From sequence record SRR22947727_72: a stretch of DNA of 37,323 nt; one strand, 5' to 3'. This document shows, piece after piece, positions 15,835-26,320 of the stretch. The notes beneath the pieces were generated by a model. The model did no database searches. It was not told the origin of the DNA and was given only the letters and a program-made list of their open reading frames with translations. The position numbers were made by a program, and so were the translations under genes. Numbering within the stretch: position 1 is the stretch's first letter; each line of letters opens with the position of its first letter.

Positions 15835-18800
15835 ATGAGTAATATGTCAGTTTTTGAAGAACAGCCACCTATAATTAATGTTTCTTCTTTTTCCGTTTGG
15901 TTAAAAAAAAACTATTCTTTTTTTAAGTCAAAGAGCATTAAATTATCACGTCTAAACAGTGAAAGAGATATTAATTTATTAATAAACGGAGTTGGCACAA
16001 AACAATACGTTGTCAAAATTTCAAACCCAAAAGAATCTTTAGATCAGCTTGAGTATCAAGATTTGTTAATCAATCATTTAAGACAAAGCATTCAGTTAAG
16101 AAAAATATATCCAGAAATTTTACATAAAAAAATTTTATTTTACAAAGATAGAAATGAAAGAAGATGTGCAGTTAGAATTCTTACTTTCATAGACGGAGAT
16201 ATGTATGCAAAATCAAAAAATAGTGACCACACTGAAAAGTCTTTAGGTAAATTATTAGCCCTTCAATCTAACCAATTAAAAAGCTTTATTAACAACCGAG
16301 CTATTAGAAAATTTGAATGGGATCCTTCAGATATAAGATGGACTAAAAAATTTATTAAATTATTTAAAAGTGACAATAAAAATATAATTAAAAATACTAT
16401 AAACGAACATGAGAAGTTTGTTTTTAAAAATATAAAAAATTTAAAACATGCTATTACTCATGGCGATCCAAATGATTATAATATTGTTGTAAAAAATGAA
16501 AAAATAATTGGCTTTATTGATTTTGGTGATTCAATTTATGCGCCTGTCATAAATGATTTAGCAATATCTCTTTCATACGCATTAATGGGTACTAAAAATT
16601 TTTACAAAAGTCTCCAAAATATTGTTGGTGCTTACAATGAGTTTTACAAACTTAGTGATCAAGATATTTATTCGCTATTATCTCTTATAAAGTCGCGTTT
16701 GGTAATTACTTTAGTAATGGCAGCGAAGCAGCGAAGAAAATATCCTGAAAATAAATATTTAAGCATCAGCGAAAATAATGCGTGGGATTTAATTTACAAG
16801 CTGGATAAAGTTGATCCATATTTTTTTATAGCTTCAATACGAGATATTTGTAACTTAGAGCCAATTTTACACTTTAGTAAAAAACTAAAGTTATTTAAAA
16901 GTCAGCAATTTGGTAATTTATTTGATTTTGATTTAAACAATGTAAATAAAAAAATTGTTAATTTTGATAAAAGTAGTTTTTTACTTAAAACAAATCCTTC
17001 AAATAATAAACTCGATAGCTTAGTTAGAAAATTCCTAAAAAAAGATATTGGTATTGGTTTATATAAAGAAAAAAGAAAAGTTTATAAAAGTAATCATTAC
17101 ATTTCTTCACTTAACCAGTTTGAAAGAAGAGACGTCCATCTAGGTATTGACATTTTTGTCGAAGAAAATACACAAATTAAGTCGCCTCTAAAAGGCAAAG
17201 TCATCATTTTGCATAATAATAATTTCAAATATGATTATGGTCCTACGGTTATTTTAGAGCACAAAATTAACAATTATTATTTTTTTACTTTGTATGGTCA
17301 TTTATCTAAAAAATGTTTGAAGAAACTCAAAGTTGGTCAAATTGTTAAGAAAGGAGAATGGATTGGAGAAATTGGAGATTATAAAATTAATGGTAATTGG
17401 CCTCCTCATTTACATTTTCAAATTATGACATCACTTCTTAACGAAGTTGATAATTTTCCTGGAGTTGGAGAGGAGTATTTGTTAAAAATTTGGGAACAAA
17501 TTTCACCTGATCCAAATATTATTTTACAAATTCCTGAGACCTTTTTTACTAATAAAGTTAAAAAAGAAAAAATTTTATTAAAAAGAAAAAAAAATATAGC
17601 TCGTAATTTATCTATTTCATATCAAGAGCCTCTGCATATGCTTGAGGCAAAAGGACAGTTTTTTTATGATGAACAAGGAAGGAGGTATCTTGATTGTGTA
17701 AATAATATTTCTCATGTGGGCCACTCAAATAAACTTGTGCATAAAGCTCTAGTTGCACAAAATCTAAAATTGAATACCAATACTCGCTATCTTTATAATA
17801 TAATAAATGAATATAGTGATAGACTGTTAAAAACATTCCCAAAAAAATTAAATAAAATATTTTTTGTTTGCACTGGTTCTGAAGCTAATGATTTAGCTCT
17901 TCGAATTGCTAAAAACTATACAAAAGCCCAAAATGTATTGGTAATGGATAATGCTTATCACGGACACACAAATTCATTAATTGATTTAAGCCCATATAAA
18001 TTTAATAGTAAAGGTGGAGAAGGTAAAAAAGATTATGTTCATGTTTTAAGAATGCCTGATGAAATAAGAGGCAAATGGACAAAGAAAAATAATAAATGGA
18101 TAAATAAATATATTGATGAAGCTGAAGAAATAATCAACAATAAATTTAATAACAAAAATTCATTATCTAGTTTTTTCTTTGAAAGTATTCTAGGTTGTGG
18201 TGGTCAGATAGCATTACCCAAAGGGTATTTAAAGAATATTTTAAAGTTAGTGAGACAAAAAAATGCACTTTGTATTGCAGATGAAGTACAAACTGGTTTT
18301 GGAAGAGTGGGCAGTAATTTTTGGGCATTTCAAGAACATGGAATTGTTCCTGATATAGTAACTCTTGGAAAACCAATGGGTAATGGACATCCTATTGCTG
18401 CAGTTGTAACAACTAAAAAAATTGCAGATACTTTTAATAATGGAATGGAATATTTCAATTCTTTTGGAGGGAATCCTGTTTCATGTGCAGTGGGTAATGC
18501 TGTTTTAGACGTGATTGAAAAAGATAATTTACAAAAAAATTCAAAAGTTGTGGGTGATTATTTCATAAAAAAACTAAAAAATATTCAAAAAAAATTTCCA
18601 AATTTTATTAGTTATATTAGTGGCAAAGGATTATTTATTGGAATTGACTTAATTTGTAATGGAGATTTATTACTACCCAATGCAAAATTAGCAACTAAGC
18701 TAATTAACAATCTAAGATTAAAAGGCATTCTTTTAAGTACTGATGGTCCATTCAATAATGTAATCAAAATAAAACCTCCATTGGTTTTTAATAAAGATAA

Positions 18801-18858
18801 TGCTAATTCTGTTTGTAGAGAAATTGATAGTTTTTTAATTCATGAAAACAAAAAATAA
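15835..18858 (+). CDS. Fusion: APH-like (hydroxylysine kinase-like) kinase, M23 peptidase domain and class III PLP aminotransferase/phospho-lyase
   Basis: Kinase: [20 protein letters not shown]23: HLGID, YGHL, PPHLHFQ. PLP domain: [37 protein letters not shown]. Confidence 0.88.
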   Translation: MSNMSVFEEQPPIINVSSFSVWLKKNYSFFKSKSIKLSRLNSERDINLLINGVGTKQYVVKISNPKESLDQLEYQDLLINHLRQSIQLRKIYPEILHKKILFYKDRNERRCAVRILTFIDGDMYAKSKNSDHTEKSLGKLLALQSNQLKSFINNRAIRKFEWDPSDIRWTKKFIKLFKSDNKNIIKNTINEHEKFVFKNIKNLKHAITHGDPNDYNIVVKNEKIIGFIDFGDSIYAPVINDLAISLSYALMGTKNFYKSLQNIVGAYNEFYKLSDQDIYSLLSLIKSRLVITLVMAAKQRRKYPENKYLSISENNAWDLIYKLDKVDPYFFIASIRDICNLEPILHFSKKLKLFKSQQFGNLFDFDLNNVNKKIVNFDKSSFLLKTNPSNNKLDSLVRKFLKKDIGIGLYKEKRKVYKSNHYISSLNQFERRDVHLGIDIFVEENTQIKSPLKGKVIILHNNNFKYDYGPTVILEHKINNYYFFTLYGHLSKKCLKKLKVGQIVKKGEWIGEIGDYKINGNWPPHLHFQIMTSLLNEVDNFPGVGEEYLLKIWEQISPDPNIILQIPETFFTNKVKKEKILLKRKKNIARNLSISYQEPLHMLEAKGQFFYDEQGRRYLDCVNNISHVGHSNKLVHKALVAQNLKLNTNTRYLYNIINEYSDRLLKTFPKKLNKIFFVCTGSEANDLALRIAKNYTKAQNVLVMDNAYHGHTNSLIDLSPYKFNSKGGEGKKDYVHVLRMPDEIRGKWTKKNNKWINKYIDEAEEIINNKFNNKNSLSSFFFESILGCGGQIALPKGYLKNILKLVRQKNALCIADEVQTGFGRVGSNFWAFQEHGIVPDIVTLGKPMGNGHPIAAVVTTKKIADTFNNGMEYFNSFGGNPVSCAVGNAVLDVIEKDNLQKNSKVVGDYFIKKLKNIQKKFPNFISYISGKGLFIGIDLICNGDLLLPNAKLATKLINNLRLKGILLSTDGPFNNVIKIKPPLVFNKDNANSVCREIDSFLIHENKK

Positions 18859-19434
18859 ACCATAAAAAAGCATTAAAAATCCCATAACGTTATCAATATA
18901 AAACCATACTTTTGGTGATTTAATGTACTGAGATAAAAAATTAGAAAAATAACCAAGACTAAAAAAAAATATAAAACTTGCGCATATTGCACCTAAGCCA
19001 AAAAAAATTTTACTATCAAAATTTATTGAAATAGATCCGAGTAATATTACAGTATCCAAATAAACATGAGGGTTTGCATAAGTAATAGCAAGGGTAGTAA
19101 GAACAACTTTTATAAAACTTGCTTCATTAATGTCATTGGATTTTATCTCATGTTGTCTTGAGTTTTTAATCTTGTTTATCCCATATAGTATAAGCCAAAT
19201 TCCTGCAATTAACTTCATAATTGTGATGATCGAAGTATTCAAACTTAAAATATTGTTTGAAAGATATATTCCACATACAATAAGTAAACTATCTGATAAA
19301 CTACATATTGAGACGACTATCAGAACAAAATTTTTCTTTAGCCCTTGATTGATAACATATAAATTTTGAGGGCCAATTGCTAAAATTAAAGTTGAGCCTA
19401 TTATAAAGCCTTGAATAAAATCAGATATACTCAT
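18835..19434 (-). CDS. LysE/ArgO family amino acid exporter
   Basis: LILAIGPQNLYVINQG and NPHVYLDTV motifs. Confidence 0.9.
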   Translation of the reverse strand: MSISDFIQGFIIGSTLILAIGPQNLYVINQGLKKNFVLIVVSICSLSDSLLIVCGIYLSNNILSLNTSIITIMKLIAGIWLILYGINKIKNSRQHEIKSNDINEASFIKVVLTTLAITYANPHVYLDTVILLGSISINFDSKIFFGLGAICASFIFFFSLGYFSNFLSQYIKSPKVWFYIDNVMGFLMLFYGLFFVFMN

Positions 19435-19463
19435 ATTGTCAAAAAATTAAATTACACTAATTT

Positions 19464-19928
19464 ATGTTTATGCGAATTATTTCAACTATAATATTTATAA
19501 TTTTACTCCCTTCATCTCTTTTTGCTGAATTACAGAAACCTACTCCTGATATTAAACCTAAGGATGTTGTCAAAATTCAACTATCTTCATTAATGGATAA
19601 TAATCAACCATATGTAAATGCCGGTATTGAACAAACTTGGGAATTTGCTCATCCTTCTAATAGGGCTTTCACTGGACCAATTCAGAAATTTACTCAAATG
19701 ATGTATGCCCCGTCTTATGCTGTGATGCTAGATCACAAAAAACATGACATTCTTGAAGTAAAATTAGAAAATAATGCTGCATACTTTTTTATCGAATTAA
19801 CTTCTGCTGATGGAACAATGTTTGGATTCAAATGGACATTAGAAAAAGTAATAGAAGAGGGTGTTTTTAAAGATTGCTGGATGACTACCGCTGTATCAAC
19901 TCCAATGCCTCTTTCAACTTCATCATAA
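19464..19928 (+). CDS. Exported protein, DUF4864-like
   Basis: Signal peptide, P.DVV..QL..L..N, WEFAHPSNR and C-terminal CWMT pattern. Confidence 0.65.
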   Translation: MFMRIISTIIFIILLPSSLFAELQKPTPDIKPKDVVKIQLSSLMDNNQPYVNAGIEQTWEFAHPSNRAFTGPIQKFTQMMYAPSYAVMLDHKKHDILEVKLENNAAYFFIELTSADGTMFGFKWTLEKVIEEGVFKDCWMTTAVSTPMPLSTSS

Positions 19929-20575
19929 TGTGTGGAAGATTTGCAAGCTATAAAAATCTTAATAAATTAAAAAATATTTTCGATGTTATCAATTCTGATT
20001 TTATTTTAACTAAGTCATACAATATCTCACCTGGGCAAGATGTTAACATTATAGTGAACTATAAATTTGAAAATTATCTCCTGTCATCAAATTGGGGATA
20101 TAATTTTATAAATAGTAAAACTCAAATTAACCAAAGTGTTATTAATAGTAGGATTGAAACTATTAATTCTAAACTTCTTTTTAAGGACTCATTTTTAAAA
20201 AGAAAATGTATTATTCCAGTCAATGGTTACTTCGAGTGGAGTATACAAGATGGAGAAAAAAAAACATACTTTATTCAATTAGGTGCCGGTGAATTAATCT
20301 ATTTCGCGGGTGTATGGAGGAAAGAAAAATATAATGATAATAAACGAAGAGTTTTTTCTATTATTACAAAATCTGCAAATTCAAAAATAAATAAAATTCA
20401 TAACAGAATGCCAATTGTTTTAAATACAAATAATGCACAAGATTATCTAGAAACTAAGGATAATGATTTAATTTTTAACAACTATGACGATGTTGATCTA
20501 AATTTCACTGAAGTATCAAAGCATGTAAATAATCCAAAAAACAATGATGAAAAATGTATTGCAACTATAAATTAG
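19928..20575 (+). CDS. SRAP/YedK (HMCES-like) abasic-site protein
   Basis: True start MCGRF at 19928 with catalytic Cys2, plus YNISP, INSRIET, GYFEW and IHNRMP. Confidence 0.9.
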   Translation: MCGRFASYKNLNKLKNIFDVINSDFILTKSYNISPGQDVNIIVNYKFENYLLSSNWGYNFINSKTQINQSVINSRIETINSKLLFKDSFLKRKCIIPVNGYFEWSIQDGEKKTYFIQLGAGELIYFAGVWRKEKYNDNKRRVFSIITKSANSKINKIHNRMPIVLNTNNAQDYLETKDNDLIFNNYDDVDLNFTEVSKHVNNPKNNDEKCIATIN

Positions 20576-20612
20576 TAATAGAAAATTTATTTTTTTTCTT
20601 TAATAAATACAT

Positions 20613-20750
20613 ATGAATATTTTCAAAAAAAATGAATTTTGGCTTTTAATATTTTCTATTGGTTTGCTTTATTGGTTATTTAATCCCTCAGTATTAATGT
20701 CTTTAGTTATGATTGTTCCTCTGCTATTATCTACAACTGCTAAAAAATAA
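20613..20750 (+). CDS. Small hydrophobic protein (45 aa), not in the supplied ORF track
   Basis: Hand translation: MNIFKKNEFWLLIFSIGLLYWLFNPSVLMSLVMIVPLLLSTTAKK. It fills an otherwise unusually large gap. Confidence 0.5.
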   Translation: MNIFKKNEFWLLIFSIGLLYWLFNPSVLMSLVMIVPLLLSTTAKK

Positions 20751-20780
20751 TTTTATAATTTATCAATTTATTTACTAATT

Positions 20781-21230
20781 ATGACCAAACCTATTAAAAT
20801 TACATTAAACCTTACTAACAATTCAGTGCTTGATACTTCAAAATTAAATAACAAAACTGTTCTATTTTTTTATCCAAAAGCAATGACAAGTGGTTGCTCG
20901 ATAGAAGTGCAAGATTTTCAAAAAAAACTAACAACTTTTAAAAAACTTGGTTTTGATGTTTTTGGAGCTTCAAAAGATACAGTTGAAAAAAATACAAAAT
21001 TTTCTGATAAATATAAACTCAAATATGAGTTAGGTTCAGATTTAACTGATGCATGTGATAAACTAGGCATATGGATTGAAAAATCAATGTATGGAAAAAA
21101 ATACTTTGGAATTAATAGATCAACATTTATTTTAGATAAAAAAGGTAAGATCCTGCATAGTTGGTCGAAAGTAAAAGTTAAAGATCACGTTGAAGAAGTT
21201 ATTTCATTTATTAAAGAGGGTAAACTTTAA
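20781..21230 (+). CDS. bcp: Peroxiredoxin BCP/PrxQ
   Basis: FFYPKAMTSGC (PxxxTxxC), EKSMYGKKYFGINRSTF and VKVKDH. Confidence 0.92.
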   Translation: MTKPIKITLNLTNNSVLDTSKLNNKTVLFFYPKAMTSGCSIEVQDFQKKLTTFKKLGFDVFGASKDTVEKNTKFSDKYKLKYELGSDLTDACDKLGIWIEKSMYGKKYFGINRSTFILDKKGKILHSWSKVKVKDHVEEVISFIKEGKL

Positions 21231-21233
21231 TTT

Positions 21234-22127
21234 TTATTCAATTTTACCAAGTTTTTTTTGTCTTCTTATTACAAATAATCCGCTTAAACTAATTATAGTT
21301 GCTCCAATAACCATATTCGTTGATGGAATCTCATTTAAAACTAAATATCCAAAAATCATACCAAATACAATTACTGAATATCTAGCTGATGCGGTTAATG
21401 ATAGTGGGGCATAAAATATTGTAAGAACAGAAAAGATATAGGCAATAGTTAAAAAGATACTTGAGATAAATAGATTAGGTAAGTACTCTATCTTAAATGT
21501 GAATTCAAAAAATAGTGAACCAATTCCAGAAAATAATGTCATTAAGATAGAAGTTACAAATATAATTTCAAAACTATTTGTTTTAGTTGCTATCCCTTTT
21601 GTTGCTATGTCTCTAATTGTGAGGAAAACAGCAGCAATAATTGGAAAAATATACAAATAATTAAAACTAATATTTTGAGGGTTCACAACAAAGAATACTC
21701 CTATAAATCCTATTGCTACCGCCCCCCATCTTCTTATGCCTACTTTTTCTTTCAAAAATAGAAATGCAAAGATCGTTACAAAAAATGGATTAGTCATTAA
21801 CAGTGTATATACTTCAGCAACAGGTAATAAAATTAGACCTGTAAAAAAACATATTGCAGTTAAAACTTCATATATGCCTCTTTGGTGATATTTTTTTACT
21901 TTTAAAATAGTTAGTATATTTTTTTTTTCATAGAAAATTAAAAACATAAGAATTAAAAAAGTAGTTATTAATCCTCTTAAAAAAATTACGTTTATCACTG
22001 ACATATTATTTGATGAGTCAATGACGATTTCTTTCACCAAAGTATCATTTATTGAAAAAGATAATTGTCCCAACATCATAAATATGATGCCTATTAAACC
22101 TGCTGATAAAATGTACTTGCGTTTCAT
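21234..22127 (-). CDS. DMT/EamA family transporter
   Basis: About 10 TM, with the [13 protein letters not shown] motif. Confidence 0.88.
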   Translation of the reverse strand: MKRKYILSAGLIGIIFMMLGQLSFSINDTLVKEIVIDSSNNMSVINVIFLRGLITTFLILMFLIFYEKKNILTILKVKKYHQRGIYEVLTAICFFTGLILLPVAEVYTLLMTNPFFVTIFAFLFLKEKVGIRRWGAVAIGFIGVFFVVNPQNISFNYLYIFPIIAAVFLTIRDIATKGIATKTNSFEIIFVTSILMTLFSGIGSLFFEFTFKIEYLPNLFISSIFLTIAYIFSVLTIFYAPLSLTASARYSVIVFGMIFGYLVLNEIPSTNMVIGATIISLSGLFVIRRQKKLGKIE

Positions 22128-22154
22128 TATAAAAAAAAATATTTAGTCTCTATA

Positions 22155-23489
22155 ATGCTTAAATCTAATCATTCACACCATCTTTATGGCTTTACAGATC
22201 TAAAGTCTCTTAACGAGAGAGGTCCTGTAGTAATTTCACATGGGAAAGGTATTTATGTTTATGATATCTATAATAAAAAATATTTAGATGCTAATTCTGG
22301 TCTATGGAATGCTTGTGCAGGTTTTGATCATCCAGGCTTAATAGAAGTTGCTCAAAAGCAATATGCCAAATTTGCAGGGTATCATTCTTTATTTGGAAGA
22401 TTGCCTGAGGAAACTCTAGAATTATCAGATAAAATTATTGAAGTTTCACCATTTGAAGATGGTAGAGTTTTCTTCTGTAACTCTGGATCTGAGGCAAATG
22501 ACACCATGATTAAAATGTTATGGATGTTAAATGCGAGAAAAGGAAAACCTCAAAAAAGAAAAATAATCACAAGAATAAATGGTTACCATGGAGTAACTCT
22601 AGGTGCTGCTTCAATGACAGGCAAGTCATATAATGGAGAATTCCAACTTCCTTTAGATGGCTTTATTCATGCTGATTGTCCTCACTATTGGAAATTTGGA
22701 AAAGTAAATGAAACAGAAGAAGAATTTTCTAAAAGAATGGCAAGAAATTTAGAAGAGCTTATTCTGAAAGAAGGCCCTGAAACAATAGCTGGCTTTGTTG
22801 CGGAACCTGTTCAAGGGGCGGGGGGTGTTATTCCTCCATCAAAAAATTACTTCGATTTAATTCAACCTATTTTAAAAAAACATAATATACCACTTGTTGC
22901 TGATGAGGTAATATGTGGATTTGGAAGAACTGGTAATTTATGGGGCTGTGAAACTTATGATATTAAACCGGATATTATTATATCATCAAAATGCTTAACT
23001 GCTGGATATTTTCCAATGGGAGCAGTTATTGTAAGTAAAGAATTTGCAGATGAATTTACTTCCATATCTGAAGATGCTGAAGAATTTCCTCATGGCTTTA
23101 CTGCAGGAGGTCACCCGGTTGGATGTGCAATAGCATTAAAGGCTATTGATGTAATTATTAACGAAGGCTTGTTAGAGAACGTTCAGAATGTATCCCCTTA
23201 TTTTCATGATAGACTTCAAGAATTTAATAAATATGAGCATATAGGTGAGACAAGAGGTATTGGTCTTATGGCCGCTTTAGAAATGGTTAAAAATAAAGAT
23301 ACAAAAGAGCCTTTTGAAGGGCACTTAAATATGGGAGATAAAGTTGCAAATATGTCTATTGATAATGGTTTAATTTGCAGACCTTTAGGTCCTGCAATTG
23401 TTTTATGTCCTCAGTTTATAATTAATAAAAAACAAATAGATGAGATGTTTGAAAGTCTTCATAGCACCTTAAAACAAGCTTTTAATTAG
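22155..23489 (+). CDS. Class III omega-amine:pyruvate transaminase
   Basis: YLDANSGLWN, NSGSEAND, YHGVT, DEVICGFGRTG, SSKCLTAG (PLP Lys) and FPHGFT. Confidence 0.92.
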   Translation: MLKSNHSHHLYGFTDLKSLNERGPVVISHGKGIYVYDIYNKKYLDANSGLWNACAGFDHPGLIEVAQKQYAKFAGYHSLFGRLPEETLELSDKIIEVSPFEDGRVFFCNSGSEANDTMIKMLWMLNARKGKPQKRKIITRINGYHGVTLGAASMTGKSYNGEFQLPLDGFIHADCPHYWKFGKVNETEEEFSKRMARNLEELILKEGPETIAGFVAEPVQGAGGVIPPSKNYFDLIQPILKKHNIPLVADEVICGFGRTGNLWGCETYDIKPDIIISSKCLTAGYFPMGAVIVSKEFADEFTSISEDAEEFPHGFTAGGHPVGCAIALKAIDVIINEGLLENVQNVSPYFHDRLQEFNKYEHIGETRGIGLMAALEMVKNKDTKEPFEGHLNMGDKVANMSIDNGLICRPLGPAIVLCPQFIINKKQIDEMFESLHSTLKQAFN

Positions 23490-23781
23490 TTTCGTATTTA
23501 ACAATAAAACCAGAATAAGTTACATTGCTAATGATATTATTAGGGATAACACCTTCTACTAAGGCTAATTCAGGTCCAGTTTTTGATTTTTCAGTAATAG
23601 ATAATATGGATTGCATATTACCTTGAATTATTGCTTCAACTTCATCTTTGCTTTCTTTATTTTGAACATAACCATTTAAACCTAAAGAAATTGCTAAATC
23701 ACTAAACCAATGTCTAAATCCAACATTTTGGACTTTACCTTTAATTATTAATCTATAAGTTTTTATTTCACTATTATTCAT
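23482..23781 (-). CDS. acyP: Acylphosphatase
   Basis: IKGKVQNVGFR and GYVQN motifs, 99 aa. Confidence 0.88.
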   Translation of the reverse strand: MNNSEIKTYRLIIKGKVQNVGFRHWFSDLAISLGLNGYVQNKESKDEVEAIIQGNMQSILSITEKSKTGPELALVEGVIPNNIISNVTYSGFIVKYETN

Positions 23782-23841
23782 TGTGTTGCAATCATAAATA
23801 TAAGAACAATATTTGTAGATACAATCTTAAACTTTGAAATT

Positions 23842-24717
23842 ATGTCAAAAAATATTATAATCGCTTCTTCTGCATTATTAACAGCTAGTGTATTTTTTGT
23901 AATAAATGATGCTATAGTTAATTATCTATCTTCAATAAATATTCAATTTTATCATTTTATTTTTTATGGCTCTCCTGCATATTTAATTGTACCAGCTTAC
24001 CTTTTTTTCAAAGGAAATTTGAAAAGACACATTGTTTGTACAAATTATTATGTTGTCATTTTTAGGTCTATTATGTTTGCACCAATGCCATTTATTACTT
24101 TTATTTCCTTAAAGAATATAAGCTTACCAGAATTTACAACCCTAAATATGTCTTCACCATTGATTGCTTCAATATTTGCATACATTTTTTTAAAAGAAAA
24201 ATTAAATAAATTTATTTATTTTTCATTATTCATTGGTTTCATCGGTGTTATGCTTGTTATACAGCCAGGTTTTGAAAATTTTAATATTTATTTTCTTGTT
24301 ACTCTATTTGGTGTGGTATTGATTACCTCTACAACAGCAATTGCTAACAAATTTAATAATGTTACAACTGCTTTAGGTTTTTTTATATATGGTGGTCTTA
24401 TAATCCACATAATCTCATTTATTTTATTCATTTATGATCCATTAAAAATAAATATAGATATTTTTATATATATTTCTTTGGCTTCAATATTTATTAATTT
24501 AGCACTTTTTTTAGCTACATTTGCTTTTAAAGAAGCTCAAAAATATTACGCTTCAATATTTTGTTTGGTTTATTTGCAAATAGTATGGTCTTCAATTATT
24601 GGTTTTTATTTTTTTAATGAATTTTTAAATACATATGCTCTTTTTGGAGCATTTTTAATTGTACTAAGTGGTTTTGTTTCTATTCCTGGACAAATGAGGC
24701 AGTTGAATGAGAGATAA
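23842..24717 (+). CDS. DMT/EamA family transporter
   Basis: About 10 TM, with IFLKEK and LVIQPG. Confidence 0.85.
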   Translation: MSKNIIIASSALLTASVFFVINDAIVNYLSSINIQFYHFIFYGSPAYLIVPAYLFFKGNLKRHIVCTNYYVVIFRSIMFAPMPFITFISLKNISLPEFTTLNMSSPLIASIFAYIFLKEKLNKFIYFSLFIGFIGVMLVIQPGFENFNIYFLVTLFGVVLITSTTAIANKFNNVTTALGFFIYGGLIIHIISFILFIYDPLKINIDIFIYISLASIFINLALFLATFAFKEAQKYYASIFCLVYLQIVWSSIIGFYFFNEFLNTYALFGAFLIVLSGFVSIPGQMRQLNER

Positions 24718-25594
24718 TTATTTAGCAATATTATTAAAAGTATTATCAGTTATTTTTTTTGTATTTATGGATGTTTTAATAAAGAAGCTATCATCAGATT
24801 TTAGTACTTTCCATATTGTTTTTTTTAGATGTTTTTTTGGTCTATTTCCTGTTTTAGTTATGGTGGTTGTAACTAAGGCATCTTTAAAAACCTCGAAAAT
24901 TAATTTACATCTATTAAGGGCTGTAATTGCTTGTTTAGCGATGTTTAGTTTTTTTAGAGCTTTTGGTATTCTTCCACTTGCAGATGTATCTTCCATAAGT
25001 TTTGCAAGTATTATGATTATTACTATCTTAGCGATATTTATTTTAGATGAAAAGGTTGGAATACGTAGATGGACTGCAATTTTTTTTGGCTTTATAGGAG
25101 TTTTAATAGTTTTTAGACCAGGTACTTCTTTATTCAGTTATTTTTCTTTATTACCTTTATTTGGCGCTGTTGCTTTATCTTTTGCAGTTATTATTATGAA
25201 AAAATTAGTAAGTTATGATTCTCCACCAACATGCAGTTTTTATCTCCATGTTTTTGTTGCGTTAATTTATTTTCCATTCGTAATATTCAATTGGCAACAA
25301 CCTTCTTTAAATTTATGGTTAATGTTAATTGGCATGGGTTTTTGTGGAGGTATAGCGCAGATATTATTAACAAGTGCTTATAGATTATCTACAGTTAATC
25401 TTTTGCAGCCATTTGACTATACTGCAATTATTTGGGCAATTACTTTTGGCCTTATTTTCTTTAATGATTATCCTGATAGGTATGTAATTATTGGAAGTAT
25501 AGTTATTGTTATTTCAACTTATTATATTATTTACAGAGAAACTAAATTAGGGAAAAAAATCAATGCAATGAAAATTAACCGAAGGCAAATATGA
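24707..25594 (+). CDS. DMT/EamA family transporter
   Basis: About 10 TM, with [17 protein letters not shown] and LQPFDY. Confidence 0.88.
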   Translation: MRDNYLAILLKVLSVIFFVFMDVLIKKLSSDFSTFHIVFFRCFFGLFPVLVMVVVTKASLKTSKINLHLLRAVIACLAMFSFFRAFGILPLADVSSISFASIMIITILAIFILDEKVGIRRWTAIFFGFIGVLIVFRPGTSLFSYFSLLPLFGAVALSFAVIIMKKLVSYDSPPTCSFYLHVFVALIYFPFVIFNWQQPSLNLWLMLIGMGFCGGIAQILLTSAYRLSTVNLLQPFDYTAIIWAITFGLIFFNDYPDRYVIIGSIVIVISTYYIIYRETKLGKKINAMKINRRQI

Positions 25595-26313
25595 AAAAAA
25601 TTTTATTTATAATTATATTTATTTCCCAAACTGTTATGGCCGATGGACTTCAAATTAATAACATTATTGAAGGAGAGGGTGCAGAAATTATAAATCATTC
25701 AAAAATCCAAGTTCACTATACAGGCAAACTTCAAGATGGCACTAAGTTCGATAGTAGTTATGATAGGGGGCAGCCCTTTAGTTTTCAAATTGGTTTAAAA
25801 GAAGTAATTGAAGGATGGGAAATTGGACTAATGGGTATGAAGGTTGGGGGTAAAAGAACTTTAATTATTCCTCCTGAATTAGCTTATGGTGAAAGGGGTG
25901 CTGGTGATTTAATTCCTCCAAATGCTACTTTGACATTTGACGTTGAAGTAATTGATGTGAAAGCTCCAGGTTATGGTTTTATTAATGCTGAAGAAATTCA
26001 AGACTTACAAGAAGATGGCTATAAGTTTATTGATATACGTACTAAAACGGAAAGAGATAACACAGGCATAATTCCTGGATCATTAGAGATAACAGCATTC
26101 GATATTTATGGAAATTTTGTTCCAGAATTTATGAAAACTTTTAGAGATCTTATTGACTTGGATGACAATACTGTTTTTATAAGCAATGAAGGTAGGGCGG
26201 CTTCAATGTTAGCAAATGGTTTTGTTGAGCAATTAAAAGCAACTAATATTTATGCTTTAAAAGGTGGTATTCAGCAATTAATAAAAGAAAATTTTAAACT
26301 TGAAAAAAAATAG
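25591..26313 (+). CDS. Exported FKBP-type PPIase fused to a rhodanese-like domain
   Basis: Signal peptide, then [20 protein letters not shown] and IPPELAYG. The C-terminal part has FIDIRT..E...G.IPGS and IYALKGGI. Confidence 0.88.
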   Translation: MKKILFIIIFISQTVMADGLQINNIIEGEGAEIINHSKIQVHYTGKLQDGTKFDSSYDRGQPFSFQIGLKEVIEGWEIGLMGMKVGGKRTLIIPPELAYGERGAGDLIPPNATLTFDVEVIDVKAPGYGFINAEEIQDLQEDGYKFIDIRTKTERDNTGIIPGSLEITAFDIYGNFVPEFMKTFRDLIDLDDNTVFISNEGRAASMLANGFVEQLKATNIYALKGGIQQLIKENFKLEKK

Positions 26314-26320
26314 ATTTTTT

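Noticed and set aside
19874-19927. N-terminal extension of the SRAP ORF in the track
   Set aside because: SRAP proteins need Cys at position 2, so the start is the ATG at 19928 coupled to the upstream stop.
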